NCBI GenBank assembly: GCA_965205485.1 | Contig: OZ242180.1 | Coordinates: 544,001 to 608,000 of the forward strand | Direction: 5' to 3' | From: Candidatus Latescibacterota bacterium | Lineage (GTDB): Bacteria > Latescibacterota > UBA2968 > GCA-2709665 | Length of the DNA: 64,000 bases | Shown here: positions 19,929 through 30,015 of the stretch, one piece after another | Layout: each line of letters starts with the position of its first letter | How positions within the stretch are numbered: the first letter of the stretch is position 1 | Translations under genes and position numbers: made by a program | Notes under the pieces: generated by a model | What the model saw: the letters and a program-made list of their open reading frames with translations, nothing else | Database searches by the model: none | Told to the model about the DNA's origin: nothing

Positions 19929-20223
19929 GCCAGACCCCTTTTCTGATGGCGCTGGGGAGGAAACCTCCGCCTGCTTCGCGCGTGGTGGCAGGGTCAATTT
20001 CCGAACACGGGGTGTGTCCTGTGCCGAACCTGGTTCAAACCATCAGCGCCGCAATAATATAGGTGAAGTTCAGGTAAGTTTGTGATCTTTTTTCACAAAA
20101 ATCCCGCTCACCAGGCCGATCTACGCACACAAGTGTGTGTAGATCGGGATCCGCGCCTCGGGTCACGATAATTAGACGCGTGGGCCTTGACTCGCATTCG
20201 GGAATCGGATATATCTTATTGTG

Positions 20224-20299
20224 ATTCAGGACGCGGGCCTCTTTCGCGTACTCAGCCTGTTCCTCCCTCCCGGCGGGCGGAGACTCGGATAGAGGCCCG
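20224..20299 (+). ncRNA. Candidate small hairpin RNA, copy 2 (C-rich loop)
   Basis: TTGACT (20187) and TATCTT (20212) upstream; same outer stem as copy 1, inner stem GCCTGTT/GGCGGGC, loop CCTCCCTCCC. Confidence 0.45.
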
Positions 20300-20360
20300 T
20301 ACTACATGGTCCAGTGACGACGCCGCGACCGTGTGTTGGCGCAGCGGGCTGACCCGTCCG

Positions 20361-20987
20361 TCACCACACGGCGGGATGGCTGCCGGAAAGAATAAGTGGA
20401 CGTCTGGACTCGGAACGGCATTGAGCGCGTGTTATCAGCCTGTCATTGAAGAGTTCCTGGAGGAGGCTGTTTCGCAGTTCGAGGGCCTGTTCCGGGTCGA
20501 CCACCGGCAACACCGTGTCGGGAAAGCGGGCAATGTGGAATAACAGGACGGCTTCGCCCGTGGTCAGCCGGCCCGGAGGTACGCCGAAGTAGGCAAGGGC
20601 GGCTCCTTCGAAGCCCAGTACGGGGGTCTTTCGAGGAAAGGCGAAGGGCGTTCGATCGAAAAAGATAGCCAGCAGGCTCTCTCTTTCGTATTTGAGGATG
20701 ATCAGAAACGGGTAACAGTTCCGCCTCAACCAACCTGAAGGCCTGGAACTGTCCGGGCGAACGAGTTGTTCGGCGAGCACGGCGGCCAGGTCCTCTGTCG
20801 ACAACGCCTCTGCAACTCTCTGCAGGATAGGGGGGAGATTGGTAGCCGAGGGCGCGGCCGGCTCAGTGCCAAGAAGGCCATCCAGTTCCCTGGAAAACCC
20901 ATTGAGGACAATGCCGGCAAGTGAGGCCGCGAGCGCAACCGTAACCAGGATCACCAGAACGGATCGGAAGGAGGGTCCTGCCATCAT
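20361..20987 (-). CDS. Membrane-anchored degenerate transglycosylase (GT51)-domain protein
   Basis: N-terminal TM helix; GFEGAALAYFGVPPGRLTTGEAVLL..P matches the GT51 C-terminal motif; ATGA overlap with the upstream gene. Confidence 0.6.
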   Translation of the reverse strand: MMAGPSFRSVLVILVTVALAASLAGIVLNGFSRELDGLLGTEPAAPSATNLPPILQRVAEALSTEDLAAVLAEQLVRPDSSRPSGWLRRNCYPFLIILKYERESLLAIFFDRTPFAFPRKTPVLGFEGAALAYFGVPPGRLTTGEAVLLFHIARFPDTVLPVVDPEQALELRNSLLQELFNDRLITRAQCRSESRRPLILSGSHPAVW

Positions 20988-22294
20988 CCGTTCTCCAGAA
21001 TCCACGCAGTGGCGTCGGCCAGGTCGCCGGCAACGAAATCCGCGTGTCCGGGAGGCATTTTCGCAAGCGCGTTCGGACCGGAACCCGTCTTCACCAGTAT
21101 GGACGCTCGACAGCCGGCGTTGCGCCCGGCGTCTACGTCGGTCTTCCGGTCTCCCACCATCAAGGATCCGGACAGGTCGAGGTCGAGATCTTCGGCCGCG
21201 GCGTACAGCATCGCGGGACTTGGCTTCGTTTCAGGACGATCGGTGTGATGTTCCGGCACCACGGCGTTCTGACTGCCATAGCGGCAGTAGACGCCGTCCA
21301 ATTCCACGCCCGACAATTCAAGCAGGGCGGCCATGTAGTCGTTCACGGCGCCTACCGTTTCGGTGGTGACGTATCCCTGTCCCACCGCGGTCTGATTTGA
21401 GACAACAACCAGGGCATATCCGGCTCGTTTCAACTTCGCAAGCGCTTCCGCTGCGCCCGGCAGCAGGCTGAAGGCCTCCGGACCGGTGCGGTAGGCGGGA
21501 GCAGGGCTGAGCGTTCCGTCGCGATCCAGGAAGACCGCCCTGCGTCGTTGCATTGCCGACGAACGCATCTCAAATCCGTGTTGATCGATGCCTGCCTCGC
21601 TCATTTCGTAGACGTGAAACGGATGCGGGGGCTCCCCGAACGCGGGCGCGTTGGCGAAGTGAACGTGGCCTTCCCTGAACAGGCTGTCCCCTTTGTGATA
21701 GTGGCCGCTGAGCACCAGTCGCACCCGGGAGTCGGCAAGGAGGGCTTTCTTGATGCTCCCGGCCTCCCGGTAGGCGTGGGGATAGCCGCCCGTGCGTTGG
21801 GGCGTGACGAGGTAGTGCTGGAGGTGGATCTGCGGCGAAGCGTCGTCGTCGTTCATCGCGGCGATAAAGCGTTCGCGCTGCGCCCCCATGCGCTGGGGAA
21901 AGTTGGCGTCCACTTCATCGTCGAAAAACAGCAGAACGCGGTGGCCGGCAACGTGAAAATCCGCGGGAAGGTCGCCGTAGACGCGGTGGAAGGCCTCTGG
22001 ATGGTCGTGGTTGCCGTAGAGAAAAGCGACCGGGCAGGTCAGCGGCGCGAAGCATTCCCGGACCAGCCGGAGATCTTTTTCGCTGAGCGCGATGAGCTCC
22101 GCGTCGTGCATTCCATAAAACGGGTGGTCGACCAGGTCGCCGGTAATCACGACGAGATCGGGGGATTCCCTGCGAATGCGGTCCACGGCCTGTGATATCA
22201 GGTCCGGCATGTGCCGGCTCAGGCGCCGGGATATGGTGGAGGTACCCGGCAGGTGGTGACGGAGGTGAAAGTCGGAAATGTGGGCGATCTTCAT
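20984..22294 (-). CDS. Metallophosphoesterase fused to a GmhB/HisB-like HAD-IIIA phosphatase
   Basis: SDFH, TGDLVD, GNHD, SGHYH; then VFLDRDGTL, VSNQ, KPSPAML, MVGDRKTD..AGRNAG. Confidence 0.8.
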   Translation of the reverse strand: MKIAHISDFHLRHHLPGTSTISRRLSRHMPDLISQAVDRIRRESPDLVVITGDLVDHPFYGMHDAELIALSEKDLRLVRECFAPLTCPVAFLYGNHDHPEAFHRVYGDLPADFHVAGHRVLLFFDDEVDANFPQRMGAQRERFIAAMNDDDASPQIHLQHYLVTPQRTGGYPHAYREAGSIKKALLADSRVRLVLSGHYHKGDSLFREGHVHFANAPAFGEPPHPFHVYEMSEAGIDQHGFEMRSSAMQRRRAVFLDRDGTLSPAPAYRTGPEAFSLLPGAAEALAKLKRAGYALVVVSNQTAVGQGYVTTETVGAVNDYMAALLELSGVELDGVYCRYGSQNAVVPEHHTDRPETKPSPAMLYAAAEDLDLDLSGSLMVGDRKTDVDAGRNAGCRASILVKTGSGPNALAKMPPGHADFVAGDLADATAWILENG

Positions 22295-22304
22295 TCGGTC
22301 GTCC

Positions 22305-24299
22305 CTATTGCGGGGGTGATCCGGAATTCGTAATCCAGTCGTGCAACGCGGTCCGGTTGACTCGGCGAGAAGAGATCCGCAGTTCCCGGCGGCCCTCCGC
22401 GGCGCCGTAAAACGAGCGGAATTCGTCAATGGGAAATTCCATGCCCGCGTTGTGGACGTAGAGCGGCCCGGGTGCGATCATCGCCGCGGCCGTGCGCAGG
22501 TCGCCGGCGGCGCGGACTGCCGGAATGTAGAGGTGTTCGGCCCAGTGGGCATCGTCACCGGCACGGAACCGGTTTCCGTCGATGATCGTGCGGCCGACGT
22601 CGGGCGCGAGGGCCCGCGCGAACAGGCACCATAGACCGGCCTCGCCCATGCCTGCCAGGTGGCAGACGCTCACGTCCGCGCGGGACCGAAGATAAGCCAG
22701 CGCCGTCAAAATGTCCTGGATTCGGCAGGTTGCATCGCTGGGGTTATAGGTATGGAAGTGCGGCACACTGGTGTCCCGGCTGCCGGTGTTTGAAACCGAT
22801 GCCCCTGCCAGGAACGGACTGATGGTCAGAACACGCAGGCCCCTTCGAATCAGATCGTCGACAGCGAGGCCGGGCGTGCCGCTTTCGGGGTCGGAGAGGG
22901 CGTCGATGCCGCCAGGGTGCACCAGCAACGCTCCGGGCGATGTCTCCCGGCCGTTTTGCGGCAGAAACAGCCGCGCGGGAACGCGGTCGGCGAAATCCGG
23001 CCGCCCGATCAGGAGCCGCTGGACGATATATCGGCTGTTCCTTGTTCGCCCCATGTCCCTGGCCAGCGCCTCCTTCGGATACACGGCGGCGACAGCATGC
23101 CGGAGCGCCGGCGCCAACCGCTCCTTGAACCTGCGAAGGGAGACAGCGGTGTCGGGCAGGGCGTCCTTGAGGCGCGACTCGGACCGGGCGATCAACGACT
23201 TCGTGAGGCTGTTTGAATCCAGCGCGCCGTCGGGCGGTTTCCGGTCATGGAAAACCAGCAGGCTCTCATCGGGTTCAACGGTGAAGGGTGTTTCCTTGAA
23301 TCCCTCGTCCCTGCCCAGCAGCCACCGTCCGAACCATTGGTAGACGAATTCGCGGCTCTCGCGGTTATAGTTGTGCCCGGCATCCACCTGTGCGGTCGCG
23401 ACTCTGACTGCGGCGTCGTACAATCCGTAGATCTCCCGTATTGCAGGGTATTCCAGCTCGGGCGTGTTGCACGTCCAGTCGCCGGAGGCGGAAACCAGGA
23501 AGAGCGGGCGCGGGGCCATGGCGGCAGCGATCTCGACGTTGTTGACATCCAGGCGGAGATGGCCCTGGTTTTCGCAATTGCATCCTCCTTGCATATGGGC
23601 CGAAACCATATTGACCGGGGCCGCCACACCGACCCTGTGGTCCACGGCCGCCAGCAGGAAAGTCTGGGTGCCGCCGCCCGAAGCGCCCGTGCAACCGATC
23701 CGGCCCGGGTCCACGTCCGGAAGCGACTGCAGGAAGTCGATTACGCGGATGCTGTTCCACAGCTGCAGCCCCAAAACGCCGATCCCCCACAGATCTTCCC
23801 TGCGTCCACCGAACTCCCGATGCTCGATCTGGCTGCTGTCGTTGTACCCCGCCATGTCGTACGAAAATACGACGTGACCCTGCCGGGCCAGGTTGATACA
23901 GCGACCTGGAATCGATGCGAATGCCGTGTCGTCGTTCTCGAGGCGTCCGCGGCGGCAGTGGCCGTGCGGGCAGGCGATCCCCGGATGGGGCCCATCTTCA
24001 GACGGACGGTACAGGTTGCCGCACACCAGGAAACCCGGCAACGACTCGAAGAAGACCTTCTCCACGGAATAGTCCCCGCGTTCCAGACGTCCGAAGATGC
24101 GCGCGTTGAGGGGGCTCTTCTCAGGCAGCGGGTATAGACCCGCGACAACGAGGATGTGGCGGCGAATCTGCGCGACGCGGGTTTTCCATGCATTCAGGGA
24201 AGGATAAGTGGCCAGCGTCCATGGCGTGTGTACGTGACGGGACTCGGCCAGGCGCACGTCGGGTACGGCTTCGGAGGCCTGATCTGCAACGGTAGCCAC
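22305..24299 (-). CDS. Acetylxylan esterase-like alpha/beta hydrolase (two-domain)
   Basis: VEKVFFESLPG, CPHGH, YDMAG, IGCTGASGGGTQT, APRP, GHNY; GTG start after AAGGGA. Confidence 0.75.
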   Translation of the reverse strand: MATVADQASEAVPDVRLAESRHVHTPWTLATYPSLNAWKTRVAQIRRHILVVAGLYPLPEKSPLNARIFGRLERGDYSVEKVFFESLPGFLVCGNLYRPSEDGPHPGIACPHGHCRRGRLENDDTAFASIPGRCINLARQGHVVFSYDMAGYNDSSQIEHREFGGRREDLWGIGVLGLQLWNSIRVIDFLQSLPDVDPGRIGCTGASGGGTQTFLLAAVDHRVGVAAPVNMVSAHMQGGCNCENQGHLRLDVNNVEIAAAMAPRPLFLVSASGDWTCNTPELEYPAIREIYGLYDAAVRVATAQVDAGHNYNRESREFVYQWFGRWLLGRDEGFKETPFTVEPDESLLVFHDRKPPDGALDSNSLTKSLIARSESRLKDALPDTAVSLRRFKERLAPALRHAVAAVYPKEALARDMGRTRNSRYIVQRLLIGRPDFADRVPARLFLPQNGRETSPGALLVHPGGIDALSDPESGTPGLAVDDLIRRGLRVLTISPFLAGASVSNTGSRDTSVPHFHTYNPSDATCRIQDILTALAYLRSRADVSVCHLAGMGEAGLWCLFARALAPDVGRTIIDGNRFRAGDDAHWAEHLYIPAVRAAGDLRTAAAMIAPGPLYVHNAGMEFPIDEFRSFYGAAEGRRELRISSRRVNRTALHDWITNSGSPPQ

Positions 24300-24544
24300 G
24301 TGTAAGTGTCCCTTCACTGAAATGGATTGCCTGAATTCGGCCGTCGAGGCGCCCGGTCGTCGCAAGACGCGAAGGAGTCCTTCCGGACGCTGGAGATTTC
24401 GCAAAGATAAAGCCCTCGTCGGCGAAACGCAAGGCGCATCGCGGCAATATTCCGATACGCATTCCGGCTGGATAGATACATGGGAATTCGCTATATTGAC
24501 GCGTCAATTCAAAGAGGGGATACTCAACCATGGGGGACAGAACA

Positions 24545-24928
24545 ATGGGAAAACGGGAAATAAAACACCCGGACAAGCAGGTGGATACCGGGGCGTATTC
24601 GGCAGCGGTGGAAGCGGACGGCTGGGTCTACGTGAGCGGACACGCGTCGCTGGATCTGGCTACGGGCGAGGTGATCGGCGATGACATAGAGACACAGACG
24701 CGCACGACGCTGGAGCATATCCGGATGGTCCTGCGGGAAGCCGACTGTACGATGGACGACGTGGTCAAATCCACGTGCCACCTGGCGGATATCGGTGATT
24801 TCGCCGCATTCAATGGCGTGTATTCGGAGTTCTTCACGGGTATTCGACCGGCCAGGACCACGGTGCAGTCCGTCCTGCCGGGAATCCTTGTGGAAATCGA
24901 CGTGGTCGCCAGAAAGCCGCAACAATAG
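24545..24928 (+). CDS. RidA/YjgF family protein
   Basis: GAYSAAV, VYVSG, DVVKST..L.D..DFAAFNGVY, RPARTTV, LVEIDVVA. Confidence 0.9.
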   Translation: MGKREIKHPDKQVDTGAYSAAVEADGWVYVSGHASLDLATGEVIGDDIETQTRTTLEHIRMVLREADCTMDDVVKSTCHLADIGDFAAFNGVYSEFFTGIRPARTTVQSVLPGILVEIDVVARKPQQ

Positions 24929-24982
24929 TCCGATGCGGGCCGGCGGTCGGGTGGTAAGATATTCCCGGGACCGGACACTGAT

Positions 24983-26947
24983 ATGGCTGTCATGGAAAAT
25001 GAAATTGCCTTTTTCCGATACCGCAACAGGTTGATGGCGGGAGTCTGCCTGTCTGCACACGGCGGAAAACTGCGTTTCGCTACAGCCCGCAAGGAAACGG
25101 TGATCACGCCGGTCGAGAACGTGCTGCTCCGTACCTGTGAAACGGCCGGAGACTGGACCGGCGCAGCCGCGTGGATGTCGCGCGCCGAGGAGGGGAGCGC
25201 AACTATAGATCTCGAGGACGCGTGGGAACTCCTTCGTGATGACGCGGATGTCTGGTCCGTGGATGAATTGGCGGATCTCTATTTCGGCGGAAACGTCACG
25301 GCAGACCACCGGGCTGCGCTGCTGGTCCATCTCGAGCAGAACCTCTATTTCGAGGCGGAAAGGCGGGGGGGCGGGTACCGCGCCTTGAGCGAGGAAGAGG
25401 TCCGGGACCGGCAGGCCTCGGCTGTCCGCCAGGCGGCGCGTGTCGACGAAAGGGCCCGATTCGGGCGTTGGCTGCGCAAATGCAGTGAAGCTTCGCCGGC
25501 GTCGGCCGAAGGATGGATCGATCGGCTCAAGGATTACGTGCTGAACCATGAGAAGAGTGTTCACGCTGACTGGGTCGAACGCATGGCTGGCGCGCGGGTG
25601 GACCCGCATACTGTTTTCAATCGGCTTGTCCGCGACGGCATATGGGGTCCGGATGAACACCTGGACCTGATCCGGGCCGGGGTGCCGGTCGAATTTCCGG
25701 CTGTTGTCATTGAGGAGGTGGACGGTATGTGTCTGGCGCCGTTGCTGGATGACGGCAGGCGTCGGGACCTCACGGATCTTGCGGTATACGCGGTCGACGA
25801 CGCGGCAACGACCGACATGGACGATGCCGTGTCGGTCCATGTGCGGGCCGACGGGACCAGGCAGGTAGGGGTACACATCACCGACGTTGCGGGGCTGGTT
25901 CCCCTGGATTCGGAAACGGACCGGGAGGCAGCCTCGAGGGTTTCCAGCCTGTACTTCCCGGACCGGAAGATCCCGATGTTTCCGGAGACGTTGTCAAGCG
26001 ATCTGGGCAGTCTGCGGCCGGGCGCGCCGCGTCTGGCTCTGAGTCAGCTGTTCGACGTCTCGGCGGATGGTACGGTCGAAAGCGTTGAGATCGTACCGTC
26101 GGTCGTTCGTTGCTCCGAAAAACTCTCGTATGAAGCCGCGGACGGGATTCTGGCGGATCCGACCCATGCACTGCACGGCGATCTTTCGGAGCTGCAAACG
26201 GTAGCCGAGTGGCACTGCATAGAGCGCCTGCAAAACGGCGCAATAGACGTGGAACATCCGAATCGGCGGATCCGGATTACGGATAACGGGGAAGTCCAGG
26301 TATCGTTGCAGGACGGCAGGTCCCCTGCAAACCTCCTCGTGAGCGAGATGATGGTGATGGCCAACACGGCGATGGCGAGGTTCTGTTGGGACCGGGATAT
26401 TCCGGTGGTGTACCGGGTTCAGACGGCGCCGGATCCGGCCGACTTCCGCGACGTGGAGAACGAGGTGCTACGCCGGTACAGGGTGCTGCGCCGAATGCGG
26501 CGTGCGTCGATGAGCCTGACGCCGGAACCGCACGGCGGACTGGGTGTGGATGCGTATTGTCAGGCGACTTCGCCTTTGCGCCGGTACACGGACCTGGCTG
26601 TTCAACGTCAGGTCGCGGCGTATCTGCTGGATCAACCTCTTCCTTATGAGAGTGAACGCATCCAGCGTGTGGTTTTCGAAGCCGAAGAACGGATGCGCAA
26701 CCTGATCCGCATCGAGCGCCGGCGGGAGCGGTACTGGCTGTTCCGTTATCTGCAGGATCGCGTGGGAGGCGTGTTTGAAGCCGTGGTGCTGGATACGCGC
26801 GAGCGGACTCTGCGCGTTGAAGTGCTGGATTTCGCGTTTCAGACGGATATCAGGGCTTCCGCTGACGTGGCGCCCGGAGACACGGTGTCCGTCCGATTGG
26901 GGCGCTGTAACCCCTGGTCGGGCGAGATTTCCTTTTCTCCGGCATAG
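24983..26947 (+). CDS. RNB-domain exoribonuclease (RNase II/R family)
   Basis: RRDLTDL..AVDD..TTDMDDAVS, VHITDV, LVSEMMVMAN, HGGLGVDAYCQATSPLRRYTDL. Confidence 0.9.
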   Translation: MAVMENEIAFFRYRNRLMAGVCLSAHGGKLRFATARKETVITPVENVLLRTCETAGDWTGAAAWMSRAEEGSATIDLEDAWELLRDDADVWSVDELADLYFGGNVTADHRAALLVHLEQNLYFEAERRGGGYRALSEEEVRDRQASAVRQAARVDERARFGRWLRKCSEASPASAEGWIDRLKDYVLNHEKSVHADWVERMAGARVDPHTVFNRLVRDGIWGPDEHLDLIRAGVPVEFPAVVIEEVDGMCLAPLLDDGRRRDLTDLAVYAVDDAATTDMDDAVSVHVRADGTRQVGVHITDVAGLVPLDSETDREAASRVSSLYFPDRKIPMFPETLSSDLGSLRPGAPRLALSQLFDVSADGTVESVEIVPSVVRCSEKLSYEAADGILADPTHALHGDLSELQTVAEWHCIERLQNGAIDVEHPNRRIRITDNGEVQVSLQDGRSPANLLVSEMMVMANTAMARFCWDRDIPVVYRVQTAPDPADFRDVENEVLRRYRVLRRMRRASMSLTPEPHGGLGVDAYCQATSPLRRYTDLAVQRQVAAYLLDQPLPYESERIQRVVFEAEERMRNLIRIERRRERYWLFRYLQDRVGGVFEAVVLDTRERTLRVEVLDFAFQTDIRASADVAPGDTVSVRLGRCNPWSGEISFSPA

Positions 26948-27175
26948 TGTCCCTTCCCGGGAACATGAATACACCCACTCGCCGCATCATTCGGAGTGTC
27001 CTCCTGTCTCGTTGATATCCTGCGTGGCGGGAAAACCGGTTTTTTTCGAACGGTAGCTCAACATTGGCCACAGGATCATTGCCCGTTTTGTTCCTTTTTG
27101 TATATTGGAAACTGGAGAGGAGTTGACGTCCAGATTCCTGGCGGGCGACGGTCTGTTTCTATTGCGAGCGCATCC

Positions 27176-27880
27176 ATGACAGGCAACATTCTGGTGGTTG
27201 AAGACGAAGTCGATATTCAGGAGATCGTCTCCTACAACCTTGAGAAGGCGGGATTTGCGGTGGCTGCCGTCGATTCGGGCGAGGCGGCCCTCGAATCGAT
27301 CCGGAAAGAGCTTCCCGATCTGGTCGTACTGGACCTGATGCTGCCGGGCATGGACGGGCTGGAGGTCTGCAGGCTGCTGAAGCAGGACGCAGAAACCCGG
27401 GACCTGCCCATTCTCATGCTGACCGCGCGCGCCGAGGAAGTCGACCGCGTCGTCGGGCTGGAGCTGGGAGCGGACGACTATGTCATCAAGCCGTTTTCCG
27501 CACGTGAACTGACGTTGCGCATCCAGGCCATCCTGAGGCGGCTGGTGGAAGGGCGGGATTCAGCGGAGGAAGCGTCGGATACGGACGCGATGACATTCGG
27601 TCCTCTTACCATCGACAAAGCCGCCCACAGGGTAACCGTGGACGGCGACACACTGGCGTTGACATCCACCGAATTCAGTCTGTTGGCTACGCTGGCAGAG
27701 CGCAGGGGGCGTGTGCAGTCCCGCGAAGAATTGCTGAACACGGTCTGGGGTTACGAATACGCCGGATACGGCCGGACCGTGGATACCCATATCCGGCGTT
27801 TGAGAGAAAAGCTGGGCGGCGCCGGCGAATTGGTGGAGACGGTTCGAGGCGTAGGTTACCGATTCATGGAAGAACACTGA
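27176..27880 (+). CDS. phoB: OmpR/PhoB family response regulator, probably PhoB
   Basis: ILVVEDE, LDLMLPGMDG, GADDYVIKPFS, RTVDTHIRRLREKL..ETVRGVGY; lies near phoR and the pst cluster. Confidence 0.8.
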   Translation: MTGNILVVEDEVDIQEIVSYNLEKAGFAVAAVDSGEAALESIRKELPDLVVLDLMLPGMDGLEVCRLLKQDAETRDLPILMLTARAEEVDRVVGLELGADDYVIKPFSARELTLRIQAILRRLVEGRDSAEEASDTDAMTFGPLTIDKAAHRVTVDGDTLALTSTEFSLLATLAERRGRVQSREELLNTVWGYEYAGYGRTVDTHIRRLREKLGGAGELVETVRGVGYRFMEEH

Positions 27881-28074
27881 GAAGCTGTGTTAAAATTACC
27901 GGTGAGCTCCCGAGCGCGAGCGAAAAAGTGGCGGTTATGAGGCGCGAGGGGCGCGCAGCGCCGACGGGAAAACCCGCCCTATAGGCGAGCTAGCCTATCT
28001 CGGGTGGGTTTGACCAACGCCGACCTGCGCTTTTGCAGCCGCGCGAAGACCGCTGGGAATATTAAGACAGCTTC
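27881..28074. mobile_element. MITE-like element (194 bp)
   Basis: TIRs GAAGCTGTGTTAAAATT / AATATTAAGACAGCTTC (15/17 match); TGA on both flanks (3-bp duplication equal to the phoB stop); no ORF. Confidence 0.7.
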
Positions 28075-28086
28075 TGAAGGATTGAG

Positions 28087-29547
28087 ATGTTTACATTGGC
28101 GCCTTCACCTGAGAGCCAGGGGATACCCTCACGGGCGGTCCTGAATTTCCTCAAGCGGATCGACTCTGAGCGCATTTGCATGCACGGGTTCCTGCTCGCG
28201 CGTCACAACAGAATCGCGGCTGAGGGTTACTGGGCCCCGTGGACGGCTGAGCGCAAGCACCGTATGTATTCCGTCAGCAAGAGCTTCGTGGCGCTGGCTG
28301 TCGGACTGATGATCGACGAAGGCTTGCTCGCCCTCGATGATCGGGTCGCGGACTACTTTCCGGACAAAGTGCCCGAAGACCTTCATCCGTGGCTTTCAGT
28401 TTCGACTGTACGAGATCTCCTGACGATGTCGACCCCCCATACGAGAACTTCCTATACGAGGGACGACCCGGACTGGGTCTGGACCTTCTTCAACCGGACT
28501 CCCTCTCATCCTCCCGGAACGGTCTTTTCTTACGACACCGCGGCAACCGTTGTACTCACGGCCCTGGTCGAACGGCTTGCCGGTATGCCCTTTCTGGACT
28601 ATATGCGGCCGCGTTTCCTGGATCGGATCGGCTTCTCCGCCGATGCGTGGTGCATCCGAACGCCCGAGGGCGTGTCGTGGGGCGGGTCGGGAGTCATCTG
28701 CACGCTTCGCGATCTGGCCAGAGTCGCGCTCTCCTGCTTGAACGACGGCTTGTGGGCCAACGAGAGAGTGCTTCCCGAGTCTTACGTACTGGCCGCCACC
28801 GCCAGGCAGATCGACAACACCATCCGGGGGAATTGCGGATACGGGTATCAGATCTGGCGGGAGGAGGAAAACGGGTTCTCATTCCGCGGGATGGGCAGCC
28901 AGTACGCCATCTGTTTTCCCGACCAGGCGTTTCTGTTCGCCTGCATCGCCGACACGCAGGGCGCACCGGCCGGCAGCGCCATTCCCACCGTGATGCGCGA
29001 GGAACTCCTTCCCCACCTCTCGGGCTCGCCGCTTCCGGAGGATCCCGACGCGCAGGCGGAACTATCCGATAGAACCGGTCGGTTGGAGGTTCTGCCGGTC
29101 CCCGGAAGACGCGACGCGACGGCGGCCTCGGACGTCCACGGAACCTGGTATGTTTTGGTGGGCAACCCGATGGGGATCACGCGCATGCGCCTGTCCTTCG
29201 AGGGCGACCAGGGCGTCTGGGAGTACACAAACGGTCAGGGCGACAATGTGCTGCGGTTCGGAGTCGGACGCGTGCAGTCCGGCAGATTCCCGCAACGCAA
29301 CTACTTCGGTGAACAGATCGGCGTGGTCCCCGGCATCGAATACGAATGCATGGCCTCGGCCGCATGGATCGACGATCGGACGCTCAATATGGAAATCCTC
29401 ATTACGGACATCTACCTTGGAAGGCTCATGATATCCTTCGCCTTCAAGGGCGAGGAGATCGGCGTCTTCATGACAAAGCAGGCAGAGTGGTTCCTCGACG
29501 AATACAACGGGTTCGCCGGAGGAAAGCGCTTCCAAGAAGCTGTTTAG
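28087..29547 (+). CDS. Serine hydrolase, beta-lactamase/AmpC family
   Basis: YSVSKS (SxxK), DLLTMS, PGTVFSYD, YGYQIW, GMGSQY. Confidence 0.85.
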   Translation: MFTLAPSPESQGIPSRAVLNFLKRIDSERICMHGFLLARHNRIAAEGYWAPWTAERKHRMYSVSKSFVALAVGLMIDEGLLALDDRVADYFPDKVPEDLHPWLSVSTVRDLLTMSTPHTRTSYTRDDPDWVWTFFNRTPSHPPGTVFSYDTAATVVLTALVERLAGMPFLDYMRPRFLDRIGFSADAWCIRTPEGVSWGGSGVICTLRDLARVALSCLNDGLWANERVLPESYVLAATARQIDNTIRGNCGYGYQIWREEENGFSFRGMGSQYAICFPDQAFLFACIADTQGAPAGSAIPTVMREELLPHLSGSPLPEDPDAQAELSDRTGRLEVLPVPGRRDATAASDVHGTWYVLVGNPMGITRMRLSFEGDQGVWEYTNGQGDNVLRFGVGRVQSGRFPQRNYFGEQIGVVPGIEYECMASAAWIDDRTLNMEILITDIYLGRLMISFAFKGEEIGVFMTKQAEWFLDEYNGFAGGKRFQEAV

Positions 29548-29760
29548 AAAATAAGAAACAATACTATAGACTACGAAACACGCGAAAAATCGAGACTACG
29601 AAAAATCCGTGGGTGAAATCAATTGGCACAAGAGGCCCAAAATAGTGTCATGGTTTTCCGGCTTTTCTTATATTTGCAATAGGCCGGTCCGGACTCCATT
29701 CGGATGGCGAAGATGAATTGGCCCTTTTGGTGGAAATGGGAACTGGAATTCACCCCACAC

Positions 29761-29962
29761 CACGGCTGTCCAGGACAGAAACCGATTTGGGACCGGTGTG
29801 GTTGGCGTTTCCGGGAGCGAGGGCATCCTGCCCTCGACATCGGGTAACTCGTCGCACACGGTGTTTTCCGTGACCCGGTGTCGGATTGAATGGCCCCGTC
29901 AGTCTCTCGATGCGAATAGGGATAGGGGACGCGAAGTTCGAGGGCAGGATGCCCTCGCTCCG
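29761..29962. repeat. REPIN-like element, copy A (202 bp, inverted REP doublet)
   Basis: GGAGCGAGGGCATCCTGCCCTCGA ... TCGAGGGCAGGATGCCCTCGCTCC; colinear homolog at 38119-38320. Confidence 0.8.
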
Positions 29963-30015
29963 TGTGAATTGCTTGTCATTGTCACCGCCTATCCGGTCGA
30001 AGAGAGAAAAGAGCA

